A stretch of DNA of 64,000 nucleotides from the human T2T-CHM13v2.0 reference genome, Homo sapiens: the NCBI RefSeq assembly GCF_009914755.1, contig NC_060938.1, one strand, 5' to 3'. This document shows, in pieces, positions 17,859 to 31,349 of this stretch. Position 1 is the first letter of the stretch, and each line of letters starts with the position of its first letter. Under the pieces are notes generated by a model. That model was given only the letters and a program-made list of their open reading frames with translations. It made no database searches and was not told the DNA's origin. A program made the translations under genes and the position numbers.

Positions 17859-17936
<78 letters not shown>
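17859..17936. repeat. (TA)~21 followed by T~36
   Basis: Direct reading; forms the tail of the adjacent FLAM. Confidence 0.95.
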
Positions 17937-17939
<3 letters not shown>

Positions 17940-19427
17940 GACAGGGTCTTGCTGTGTTGCCCAGGCTGGTCTCAAAATCTCTGGCTCAGGCAACCCATCG
18001 TCCCCCTTGGCCTCCCAAAGTGCTGGGATTACAGGTGTGAGCCACCATGCCTGGCCTGATATTTTTTTCCCCCTGCAATGTCTAATCTGCCATTAATTGC
18101 ATCTTGTGTGCTTTTCATCTCATGCATTACATTTTTCATCTCTAAAAGTTTGATAGGGTTCTCTTTCTGTCTCTTTTATGTCATCCATGCCTTGGCTTAC
18201 TGCAACCTCTGCCTCCTGGTCTCAAGCAATTGTCCTGCCTCTGCCTCCCAAGTAGCTGGGATTTCAGGTGCATGCCACCGTGTCTAGCTAATTGTTGTAT
18301 TTTATGTAGAGATGGAGTTTTGCCATATTGCCCAGGCTGGTTTTGAACTCCTGAGCTCAGGTGATCTGCCTGTCTCAGCCTCCCAAAATGCTGGGATTAC
18401 AGGTGTGAGCCACTGTGCCTGGCATTGTGCTTTTATTTTTAGGGTGGTAGATATTTTTGTATTCTTATAAATATTGAGCTTTGTTCTGGGACACAGTTAA
18501 GTTACCTGAAGTAGTTTGCTTTTTTTGGATCTTGCTTTTAATATTTGTTAGATGGGAATGGAACAGTATTTGTTTTGGGATATATGCCATTACTGACGCA
18601 AGGCCCTTCTGGGTGTTGCCACAAATGTCCCATGAACTATGAGATTTTTTTCATCTTGGCTGGTGGAAATAGGTCCTGTGTGAATGCTGGGTACTGTTAA
18701 CCCTAAGCTTTTTGGGTTATTCTTTTCCTGGACTCAGACAATTTTTGGATATGCACGTGCTGATTGGTACTCAGCTGTATATGCGGTGGGGTCTCTGCAG
18801 ATCTTTAGTGTTCTTTTTTTGTACAGCTCTCTCCTCACTGCTCTGTCCCTTGAACTCTTTCTGGACTCTCAGCTGTATCTCCTCAATTGAGGAGTCTTCT
18901 GGTCACTGCCTGGCTTCCCCTCCCTGCCACTTCAGCCTGGAAACTCCCAATGCAGTGAACTGGGGCATTCATCATGTTCACCTTGTCACCTTGTTTCTTT
19001 CTCATCTTTCAGGAATCACTCTTCTTCCTTGCCTAATGTCAAGTGTCTTGAACACCATTGTTTTATATATGCTGTCCAGTTTTTTCAGATGGGAAGGTAA
19101 TTTTAGCTCCTGTTTTGGAAGAAATGTCAAGGTTGACATCATGATTTATGGCCTGAAAAAGTCCAAGTTTAGCCTTGCCATTTTCTAAGATGGAGAAGAC
19201 TGGGAAGAACAGGTTTGGTGGTGGTGGGAGTGGTGGGAAAGTCAGGCTAAGTTTGAAGAGCCTGTTGGATATTGGAGTAATTGATGTTAGAGAGGCAGTT
19301 GTAATCAGCAAGCTCCAGTAAGAGGAGAGGTCTGGGAAGGAGATACACATTTGTGTGTATCAATGTGCAGATGGTATTTACAGCCATGATACTGGATGAG
19401 ATCCCCAAGGGAGTATAGTTAGAGTAT

Positions 19428-20272
19428 TGGATTAATCCTGTTTTTTATTTTCTATATTTTCTGGTGCTTTGACATCTTGAAGTTTTGCTGGCATTGGAGG
19501 GACCGCTCCTCCCAGGGTCAACTAATTCTTAGAGAGGTAGCAGCTCTCTTCGGAGTGGGCTTTTTTTTTTTTTTTTTTTTGAGATGGAGTCTCACTCTGT
19601 CATCCAGGCTGGAGTGTAGTGGTGTGATCTTGGTTCACTACAACCTCCGCCTCCTGGATTCAAGTGATTCTTGTGCCTCAGGCTCCTGAGTAGCTGAGAT
19701 TGCAGGTGCCCTCCTCCATGCCCAGCTAATTTTTTTATATTTTTAGTAGAGGCGGGGTTTCACCATGTTGGCCAAGCTGGTCTTGGACTCCTGACCTCAG
19801 GTGATCCACCTGCATTGGCTCCCCAAAGTGCTGGGATTACAGGCGTCAGCCACCCACTCACAGGAGTGTGCTTTTCATATGCAAATCAACAAATTCAGAG
19901 CCCTACCTCACAACCACCTACTTTATTAGGCTCTTGAACTCTGGACTACTATTCTTCTGCCCTAATTGCCCCATCATTAGGTAGTAGACAAGTAGGGAGA
20001 GCTCCCATGCCAACTAACCAGTCCTAATCCTGTTTACCCTGCCTTGACCTTTCCTTCGCATGGAATAGCAGCAAAGACTCTTGTCCACATTTTCCTGCTT
20101 TCCCCCTCTGCCTTTGACTCTGGTGCTTCTTTCCCCACGTGGCCTGGCATGGCATGCCATCATGCCGTCTATTTCTAGAGACTTGTGAGTAAAGGCTTCT
20201 GCTTTCATGGTAATCATTTCTGTGTTTGTGTGTCTTACCATGCGTGATTGAAACAAATCCCAATCCCCTTGT
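19428..20272 (+). mobile_element. ERVL LTR, MER74-like, interrupted by an antisense Alu (19561-19853)
   Basis: tgctttgacatct...ctcccagggtcaactaattcttagaga...catatgcaaatcaacaaattcagagccc resembles the recalled MER74 consensus. Confidence 0.65.
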
Positions 20273-20925
20273 AGTAAGTATGGAAACACTAGCCCTGGCT
20301 AAATGGATACCCCATGTAATCTTCGTAGCAGCCCTATGAGGTGTAGGTACTATTATTATCTTACTTTTATAGATGTGAAGACTGAAGTAGGGGAAGGTTA
20401 TGTAACTTGCCCAAGTCCACCAGCTTCTATGTGGTGAAATTGGGATGTAGCCTGAGACACTCTGAAGTCCTGTGTTCTTAACTGCAGAACTATCCCATGT
20501 GTGGTCAGGGTGGGGTTCAGTCTGAGGTTAAACTCTTTTAATATGTTTACAAACTGCAACTTGTTTTTTCCCCTAAGACATGATGAGCTTTACTTTGCTG
20601 TCTAAATGACAACGTAAAGATTAGCATCTAGAAAAGAGACCTTGCGGACAGTGTGGGCCTGATTTCTTGGGGATGAGGGGTTACAATTTCATTTTTCTGA
20701 TGGACAGTACACATGTGTGCCATGGGACCCTGCCAAATTAGGAAAGAGATGCTGGATTCTCTCTAATCAAAGCTGGTCTAGTCTGCGTGGCAGAATCTTG
20801 TCCATTTAGAGCTGAAAAAAGTAATCAGCTGGACTTTCCATTTTCAGAAGATGCTGAAAAGGGATGATAAAAAAATTTCCCCCATTATCATAATATTTAT
20901 TATTCATAAGAAATTTGGGAAATAC

Positions 20926-21271
<346 letters not shown>

Positions 21272-21734
21272 TTATAATTTCACAGCCCAGAGATAACACT
21301 GTTAATGTTTCATTCCTTTAGGGCTTAAGTTTCTGACTAGAAGAATTAATCAAAGGTCAGTTTGGGGTCTGTTGCCTTCTCTTTCCATGTCTGCCTGTCT
21401 CTCTGTGTGTGGGGTGTGTATGTATGACTGTCTGATGGTCTCTTTCCACTCTGACACTTACACACCCCTAAGCCCCATTGGAGATATTGCCCAGTTCTGA
21501 AGGGGAGTCCCATGGATTCAGTGTGACATTGATACCTTTCTGCCTAGCTTGGGGACTAGGGCCCCTGCTCTTGGGGCTTTAGATATGGTAAAGGATTGCC
21601 CTCCTTGGGCTTTGAGTCCATCTGACCTAATCAATAACTAATCAACACTGAGTTGATCTTATTAGCTATTCACTGCCTCCCTCCCAAACCCCAAACCAAG
21701 CTGGCTATGACAATGCTTTTAATTAATATGAGGC

Positions 21735-22006
<272 letters not shown>

Positions 22007-22174
22007 CTAGCAAAGCTTGAAGTGGACAGGCCCCTGCGGGCCTAAGGATGGCCTGCTAGTGCCTGGAGTCTGAGACAGCCCCTCTGCTGTGTCGGGAGGT
22101 GGGCGGATGGGCCCTCTGGCTGCTGGGTTGAGGGTGTTCAGGGCTGCAGCAGTCTCTTCTGAGCAGCAGCGATC

Positions 22175-22325
22175 TGGGCGTGGTGGCTCATGATGGTAAT
22201 CCCAGCACTTTGGGAGGCCGAGGTGGGTGGATTGCTTGAGCCTGGGAGATGGAGACTGCTGTGAGCCATGATTATGCCACTGTACTTCACTCTGGGAGAC
22301 ACAGTGAGACCCTTTCTCAAAAAAA
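22175..22325 (+). mobile_element. Alu monomer (FRAM/FAM-like)
   Basis: Single-arm Alu. Confidence 0.75.
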
Positions 22326-22640
22326 ATTGTGCAAATTTATGGGGTACATGGGAAATTGTTACACATTTATAATGTGTGGTGATTAAGTCAGGGTATTTAG
22401 GGTAGCTATCACCTGAGTACAATACAGTTTTCTAAATATAGTCATTCTCCTCTGCTATCAAACATTGAATTTATCCTTTCAAGTTTACTTTATGTTTGTA
22501 CCCTTTAATCCACTTCTCTTCATCCTCTGCCTGCCCAACACCCATACTGGCTGGTTTGTTATCTGTTTTTCCACTCTCTACTTCCAATATCACATGTTCT
22601 CTCTTACATGTGGGAGCTAAAACAAAAACGAAAACAAAAA
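22326..22640 (-). mobile_element. L1MA-type 3' end fragment with a short inverted segment
   Basis: atttatggggtacatg...tcagggtatttaggg...tttccactctctacttcc, then sense-strand aatatcacatgttctctctt...gggagctaa. Confidence 0.7.
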
Positions 22641-23244
22641 AACTTCTTAATTTCTAAATTTCCTGTGTGGTTCACTTGGCAACTAATTATACAGGATCTT
22701 TGAATGCTTTTTCCACCTTTGTTGTCAACTGTTATTTAACTCCTCGCATGATTTTATGGCCCCCAATATGTGTTATTACATCAGCGTCCTACGTGGCACT
22801 GAAGAGTATAAGTCCATCCTCGTGGTTCACTCTCTTGGTTGACTGAGATGGGAGAAGGCAGGTACCAGGTCCCCACAGGGTACTGGGGTCCCTTGTCTTC
22901 TGCATGTGCCCATGGCCCCATCCTGCCTCAGAGGCTTTAGCTCCTAGAAGGTAGGACCTTCATAGTACCAAGGCCCTCAACTGGGCAGGGGGGATGACTG
23001 TGGATATGCAGCCTGGCGGCAGATGGGGCCACCTCCCAACTCTGGAAGGACCGGTGAGCATCCGGATGTTAATTAAGGCTACTCTGTCCTAGGCAACCTG
23101 CCCAGATGCCTTCTCCATGTGCCTCATACCCCCCACTACAGTGACTCCTCCAGTTAATAGGAGACCCCTGCTAAAGTTTGCTGCACTAAAGAGCCCTAGA
23201 TTTTGGAGTGTTTTCTAGACCTTCCTTTGATATTTATTAGTGAT

Positions 23245-23545
23245 TTCTTTCTTTCTTTTTTGAGACAGAGTCTCGCTCTGTTGCCCAGGCTAGAGTGCAG
23301 TGGTATGATCTCGGCTCACTGCAACCTCCGCCTCCTGGGTTCAAGCAATTCTCTGCCTTAGCCTCCCAAGTAGCTGGGATTACAGGTGCCCGCCACCATG
23401 CCTGGATAATTTTTTTTTTGTATTTTTAGTAGATATGGGGTTTCACCATCTTGGCCAGGCTGGTCTTGAACTCCTGACCTCATGATCCACCTGCCTTGGC
23501 CTCCCAAAGTGTTGGGATTACAAGCGTGAGCCACCGCGCCTGGCC
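23245..23545 (-). mobile_element. AluS
   Basis: TSD tagtgatttc. Confidence 0.9.
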
Positions 23546-24081
23546 TAGTGATTTCCTTAGCAACAAAACGACGGAGTTTATCTTCTTTAAAGATACCAAA
23601 ACTTGCTTCCCTGAGGTGCTGTGAAGATTAAAAGATACCATACATATGACCATGTTTTATAAAACGTAGCAATCCAAACAAACAAGGCATAATTGGTATG
23701 TCTGAGGGGTGGGTGGCAAATACTTTAACTCTGTGTCCCTTGAATGAGTCATTAGTAGGTTAGACTTGGTTAAAAGCCTTGAATGCTTATTTCTAGGGAG
23801 TGGGACCCAGACTAGGTAAGTTTTGATGAAGAGGAGGAGATAGGAAGCACTGGGCCGTGTTTGAAGGGCGGCCTCTGTATGAGGTTGGAGTTGACTGCCC
23901 CGTGTACCAGGAAGCTGGACACCAAGGGAAAAGGTGTGTGTGTGTGCGTGTGTGTGCATGCACCTGCCCTGGGCATTGTGGGGTAATGAGGGTTTTCAAG
24001 CAGAGCAGGAAGGTGAAGGGAACAAGGTGTAGGGAACAGTCTGCACTCACACCTCTCTGGTCCTGGCCTGTCTTCCTGCAG

Positions 24082-24285
24082 GTGCACCTTCGCTCTGCCA
24101 GGCGTCTCTGTGAGCTCTGCTGTGCCAACCGGGGCACCTTCATCAAGGTGGGCCAGCACCTGGGGGCTCTGGACTACCTGTTGCCAGAGGAGTACACCAG
24201 CACGCTGAAGGTACTGCACAGCCAGGCTCCACAGAGCAGCATGCAAGAGATCCGCCAGGTCATCCGAGAAGATCTGGGCAAGGAG
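24082..24285 (+). CDS. ADCK1: ADCK1 internal coding exon (68 aa, VHLRSARRLCELCCANRGTFIKVGQHLGALDYLLPEEYTSTLKVLHSQAPQSSMQEIRQVIREDLGKE); probably exon 4
   Basis: Acceptor tcttcctgcAG (24080-81), donor GAG|gtaccc (24286). Translation contains the UbiB/ABC1 KxGQ motif (IKVGQ) and matches recalled human ADCK1. 204 nt, phase 0/0. Confidence 0.97.
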
Positions 24286-24469
24286 GTACCCACCTTTGCA
24301 GGGGGGATGGGCCTTGGTTGGGATGCTTCAGAAAAGGTCCCGGCTGAATTCTTGCAGCCTCGACCAGGGTGCTGGGGATCCACCAGTGACACAAAACCAA
24401 ATGTCACAGCCACTCTCAGTGCTGAAATCAAAGAGGTTAGAAGGAATCTCAGTGGCCCTCAGTGAAACA

Positions 24470-24552
24470 TACCAGTTCAACCATATGAAATAGTTCATAT
24501 GAGACTGTTATTGACCTGAAACCTATATATCATTCATATGGTTCAACCTAAT
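24470..24552. mobile_element. MADE2 mariner MITE
   Basis: TIRs gttcaaccatatgaa ... ttcatatggttcaacctaa. Confidence 0.8.
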
Positions 24553-27367
24553 AATAAATGTCACTTACTGAAGGTTTAAGGCCTTATTGAAGCTTTATCC
24601 TCAGTAGGGCTTTGAAGCCCCATCCCATCTGGTTTCAACCTACCTGTCTGTAAGTTGGTGGGGCAGAGTGACACTGTGGTTTAGACTCTAGAGCCAAGAG
24701 CTTGGACCTTGCACAAATGATTGATCTTGGCACCTCACTTTCCTTATCTATAGCCCACCACATAAGGTTGCTGTGCAGATTACACGGGATAATGAATAGA
24801 AGGTGCTTAGTATAGTACCTGATGTAGAGCAAGTGCTCAACAAATATTAGCTATTATTTGTATAGTAATGGTGTTCTATACTATTGTGGTTGTTGTTTCC
24901 CTACGCTCTGGTCCCATTGTGCTACCTGTCTCAAACTCACTGTGTTGTCTTAGTCCTCAGTGCTTGTGCCGTGGTCTACCATCTGCCTGATGTCTTTGCT
25001 TCATTCTCTACTTGTCAAGTGACTTCAGGCCATCTGCCTATCTGTCCACCCAGCTAGCAAATCCCAGGCAGGGTGCTAGGTGCTGGGTTTCCCGTCCAAA
25101 CCCCAGCTCTTCTAGGAAGTCTTCTGTGACCCTCCCTTGACCGATCTTATCCCTCCTTTGGGCTCTGCAGAACTTTGCTCCCTGCACTTGTGCAACTTGT
25201 GGCTTGATTAGTTGTGTCTAAGGATTTCCCTGCAAGTCATAGTCTTTGAGGATGAAGACCATGACAGTCCTTTTACTCTGTATTTACAGCTCTGGAACAG
25301 TACCTAGCAGGTGCCCTGGGTCTGCTTAAAGAGCCAATGGATGAACTAGAAATAGTGTTGTTAGGCTACTTGGCGCAGGGCCAGGAGAGTAGGGCAGAGG
25401 TTTGATAAAGACCAGTGGTTCCCTTTTTACAGGGAGCTGGCACTGACTATTGGTCCCTTAATGTGGAGCTGGCCCCAGGTACGCAGCATCCATTCAAAGG
25501 TGTCCCACTTCTCAGTGATATCCTGGCCTGGAGCGGGGGTTGGATCATACAGCAGGTGAACATAGAAACATCTCTGACTCCTCTGCCACTGAGGAACATG
25601 TCCTCCAAAGGGAGAGACATTGAGTGAAAGGTAAACCCGAACTGTGGCTGGAGTCAGGGAGCAGGCTGCAAGCTGGGAGGAGCAGGGTCAGGAGAGAGGG
25701 ACCCCAGGCAGAGGGGACTGAATTGGCATAGTGCTGGCCCACTCATGGCTTTGCCTCTTGCCAAGACTCTTGGCCCCCAGCTTCTAACAGCACGAGATTC
25801 ACCCCCAAATTAAAACTAAATAAATCACGGTAATAACAGTGTGAAGTGCATCATTGCTGGCGTGTGGCAGCTCTCTGGGGGTGGAAACAAGGAGCAGGAG
25901 GCAGCAGGTTAACCCTTGGAGGCTGACTTGTCTGGAGAGCTGGGGAGGGAGGTGGGACAAGGGCAGGTTAGTGGCTGTCCCCAAGCCAGGGTGGAGTGAG
26001 GGAAGTTTGGAGTGTCAGCAGTCATGGTGGCCCACCCAGCTGGCTAAAGAATGTTTGGGGTTGGAAGACGTCGCCTGATCTTCAGGGCCCCTTCTCCAGT
26101 CCCCTCCACCCCCTGCCGATTAGCCCTGAGCACAGTGGCCATGTGGCTCCTGCCCCCACAATGCTTCTTTAGACCCCTGAGGAAATGGGCTACTGTCCAT
26201 GTCATGGTTCTGAGGGGTGTCCCTCGCAGCTGGGGAGCTTCTTCAGAGCCCTCTGGGTTCTTACCAGGGCCCCACAGGCACACACTCTGTCTTCCCTGCC
26301 CTCTTCCTCCTCCTCCCCCTTGGAAGATGGCATTTGTTCCCTGGTGACACACTTTCCCAGTGTGTGGGTGGAGGGAGGGGAGCGGGGCCATGTGGGAAGA
26401 AGGGTGGGTGCGTGTGGGGGTGTGAGGGCGGGGTAATGTCACTCACTTGGCATTTCCAGCCTCCTCCAGCCCCTCCCATGACACTTCTCGGGGAGCAGTC
26501 TCGCCTCCAGGATGCTTGAGTGGGCCCCACTCATCCTCAGCTCCATGCCAGCCCTAAGACCTTCTGCAGAAAGCTCCATTTCATCCCTGGCTTAAAAGAG
26601 GCTGTCAGTTATGCCTCACCACCTTCCTAGGTCCCAGTCCTCGGATAGGCTTTGAGGTTACCTTGAGCTCAGAGATTCCATAAGTGCTCCTAAAGCTCAG
26701 ACTGTAGAGAGCGGTGGTGTGGTGAGGGAGGTGCTTGGATGGTCAACAGCAGTGTTAGAGGTCACTATGTCCTCAGACCCATCCCTGTTGCAGGCAGGTG
26801 GGGCCCGGCCCTGTGGGGCATTCCCAGCATAGGTGTGGGGGTAAGATTGAGGGTGCAGTACTTCTGGACCCCACGGTTCATATGCATTTCTGGATCAGCC
26901 AGAATTTCTGCACATCAGCTGGCACCATCAGTGCAGAGGTGAGGGCACTCGAAGGGGCACTCTCCTTGCATAGCATTGGCTCAGGCAGGGAGTGCGCTGG
27001 GGCCACATTGCTAAGGGAGGGCTGGTGACAAGCAATGGGATGAGACCTCATGTCCTCTAATTCCCAGGCTGGTGATTCGTCCCCTACATAACAGCTTCTG
27101 TTTGGCAGGAAAAAAAGCAGTTGTGTGTGTGTCTGTGTGTATCTTGGAAGTTTCTCAGCTAGTATTACCAGAAAGAAACTTACTTTTTTTCCTTTATTTG
27201 GTTGTTAGGCTTATATCCTGAAAGACAGGTTCCAGGAAGCAATCAGGAGCCCAGCCTCTGGGAGGTGGGGTCGTTTCTGCCTCCTCAAAAGTGACCTCGT
27301 TCTGGACTGGGTCAGGGGTGGTCCCAGCCTTGGTCCCCTTGACTGCCCTTGGGGCTGTGGGTCCAGA

Positions 27368-27400
27368 TGCAGTGCTGACCTTGGCCAGCAGATGGCGCCT
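27368..27400 (+). promoter_or_regulatory. Candidate CTCF site with upstream motif
   Basis: TGCAGTgctgacctTGGCCAGCAGATGGCGC matches the core CCASYAGRKGGCRS plus a correctly spaced upstream TGCAG motif. Confidence 0.6.
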
Positions 27401-28559
27401 GAGCTTGCAAGTCAGGGATGGTTGTAAAGACCTGGCCCTTCTCTTTGTGGGGGGATCCCTGACCAGGTGGATGAGACTGGGGGTCTTTCTGCTCTTGGGC
27501 ATGGTTCGTGCTGTTGAAGGAACGCAGGCTGACATCTCTACACCCTGAATGGGCATGCATAGCCTCAGCCACGAGGCTGTTGACCACCCTGGGTGCCTCA
27601 GCCCTTGACTCCATGTTGGAGGACGTGGTATTGGAGTTAGGAGTTCTCTGATGCTCCGCAGTCTCTGATGGCCAGTGATTCTGTGCTTCAGCACCTTTTC
27701 CTTCATTCCTTCTCTCTCCTGCTGGTCTACGCGGTTGGCATTTAGTGAAAAAGGACAGTGCCGGACATTTGGGTGTAGCCAGGGATGGGTACGACCTCAT
27801 TCCAGTCCTCACAGTCCAGGGTCATGGGAGGTTCACTCATCATGGTAATACATGGCCACATAGTGCCCAACGAGCTTGCAGAGGAGAGAGAGGTTGCCTT
27901 GGGCAGATGGAGGCTTTCTGAAGCAGGTGGCCTCTGACCCAGCCCCTTAGAGATGGATGGAATTGGAGGAGGTGGATGTTGGAGGAAGTGATTACTGATT
28001 AATAAGCTGGGTTCAGCAGAGGTGCAGGGACAGGAAAGCATAAAGCATGGAGGTGAACAGTGAGGTCTTGTTGATTACAATGTGGCGTTCAGCCGGTGAA
28101 TAGTGGAGCAGAGGTTGTAGGATTGGGGCTGAGGTCACATTATGAAGGGCCTAGAATGTTCTTTTCAGAATGTGAGTCTGAGGGAGAGGAGGACTTGGGG
28201 AGGGACCTGATCAAAAGAAGGACGAAGAGACTGAGATATACGGAGTGGGGTGGGGCATGTGGTCGGGTGGTTGAAGGAATTTGCCTAATAGGCTGAATAT
28301 TTAGTAATGTGGGAGATGAGGTCATCTTTGAAAAGTGGAGGAAGATATAGATGGGGAGGTTTGAAGTGGGTGGGAAGCTTGGGGATAGAGTTATCGTGGA
28401 AATTAAGGGATGATCTTTGAATTGTCAGCCACACTATGCTGTTATCTTTGGTCATGCACACACATACACACACGCACACACACACACACACATCTATACC
28501 TGCCCCCATGACATACAGACAAGTCAGATCTTGTTACAGCCTATTTCAAGAAATGGTCC

Positions 28560-28860
28560 AAGCCGTGCGTGGTGGCTCATGCCTGTAATCCCAGCACTTT
28601 GGGAGGCTGAGGTGGGTGGATCACTTGAGGTCAAGAGTTTGAGACCAGCCTGGCCAACATGGGGAAACCCTGTCTCTACTAAAAATAGAAAAATTAGCTG
28701 GGTGTGGTGGTGGGCGCTTGTCATCCAAGCTACTTGGAAGGCTGTGGCAGGAGAATCACTTGAACCCAGGAGGCGGAGGTTGCAGTGAGCTGAGATCAGG
28801 CTATTGGACTCCAGCCTGGTCAAGAGAGTGAGACTCTGTCTCAAAAAGAAAAAAAAAAAG
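28560..28860 (+). mobile_element. AluS
   Basis: TSD aagaaatggtcca. Confidence 0.9.
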
Positions 28861-29594
28861 AAATGGTCCAGTTCTGTCCTAGAATATAGTTATATCAGAT
28901 AAGGTTCTGTCCACCTCTGAAATCCCATGAGAAACTGAAGGAAATGAGGCCAGCTGCTGGCATGGAGCACAGAAATACCTCTGTTAGGGGCAATGCTTAT
29001 ATTGGTGTCTGGGTGGTGTGGTTTGGCTTTTGTACTCTGAAATTTGTTTTTATCAGTTTTTCACCCCCTGGTCTTTCCTCCCAGGGGAACTTATTTTACA
29101 GCTCCCCATAGTACGTAGGGACAAGCGTATGCTGCAGGTGCTCTGTGTTCTTGATGCACCATCTGACTGGAGTTTCAATGAGAATGAAGGAGAGAGAAGG
29201 TGCAGGGGTACCGTTGTGCAACGGGTAGAATAATTCATATCCAGTTGTTTTGTAAGAGCCTGTGGGTGCAGTGGGAGGGCAGCTTGTCTTGTTTGCTCAA
29301 GGTTTAAGCAAATGTTCAGAAAAGAGATAAAGAAGCCTTTCCTCCAAGAATATAAACTGTTTATCCAACTTGTTGGTGGTAGAGGCAGAGAGCAGGCACT
29401 GTAGGCGCAAGGACCAGCATGAACAAGGCAGAAGTGGAGAGATGAGGCAGGAGAAGGCCTGCCTGGGCGAGGGGCACACAGCACCTCTGTTGTCCCATGG
29501 AGAACTTGATGGGAGGGGGTAAAAGGTGCCCTCTTTTTGCATCTCTTCCTCCAGGCTATGGCAGGTTGGCCAGAGCTGGGCTGGATTTCATTCC

Positions 29595-30600
<1,006 letters not shown>

Positions 30601-31025
30601 CTATGTGGCCCTCAGCCAGGATTTCACATGTGTACCCTCGGTCTGCTTTCACACGGCCTGGAGCTTCATAGCGAGCCTTGGCGGTAGACAGGAGCCAAAC
30701 TGCCTGTTGGTATATTGGCTTTGTGGCCTTGGGCATGTTACTTAACCTCTCTGTCCTGTCCCTCCATTTCCCGATCTCTAAAATTGGAATCATAACACTA
30801 CCTGCCACCTAGGCTTGTTGTGGGGATGGATTGAGTTAATGATTGTGGAGCATCTAGTGCAAGCTTGCTGCAGGGCAAGGGGCAGTAAACGTTAATAATT
30901 CTTTCTGTGTATTGTGCTGTGTGCTTTTTATGAGCAGGTACTGGGGTTCTGAGAGACTCGTAAATGGCAGAGTTCCATCTTTACCTGGGCTTTCTGATAA
31001 CTGGTACAGCTCTCTGTCCCATATT

Positions 31026-31349
31026 CAGTCATATGTTGCTTAATGATGGTGATATGTTCTGAGAAATGCATCATTAGGTGATTTTGTTGCTGTGTGAACA
31101 TCATAGAGTACTTACACAAACCTAGATGGGACAGCCTACAATATACTTTGGGTATATGGTATAGCCTGTTCTTTTCAGAATATGAGACTGAGGGAGGCTT
31201 GAATCTAGGCAATTGTAACACAATGGTGCGTATTTATCTGTCTAAACATAGAAAAGGTTCAGTAAAAATATGGTATTATTAATATAATGGATCGCTTTTG
31301 TATATGTGGTCCGTTGTTGACCGAAATGTTGTTATGCGGCACATGACTG
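31026..31349. mobile_element. Tigger3-derived MITE (MER7/Tigger3a-like)
   Basis: TIRs cagtcatatgttgcttaat ... gttatgcggcacatgactg(ta). Confidence 0.8.

Noticed and set aside
23857-24465. 202-aa ORF as a standalone gene
   Set aside because: Only 24082-24285 is ADCK1-like. The N-terminal part translates a (TG)n tract and intron, and the ORF has no ATG start.
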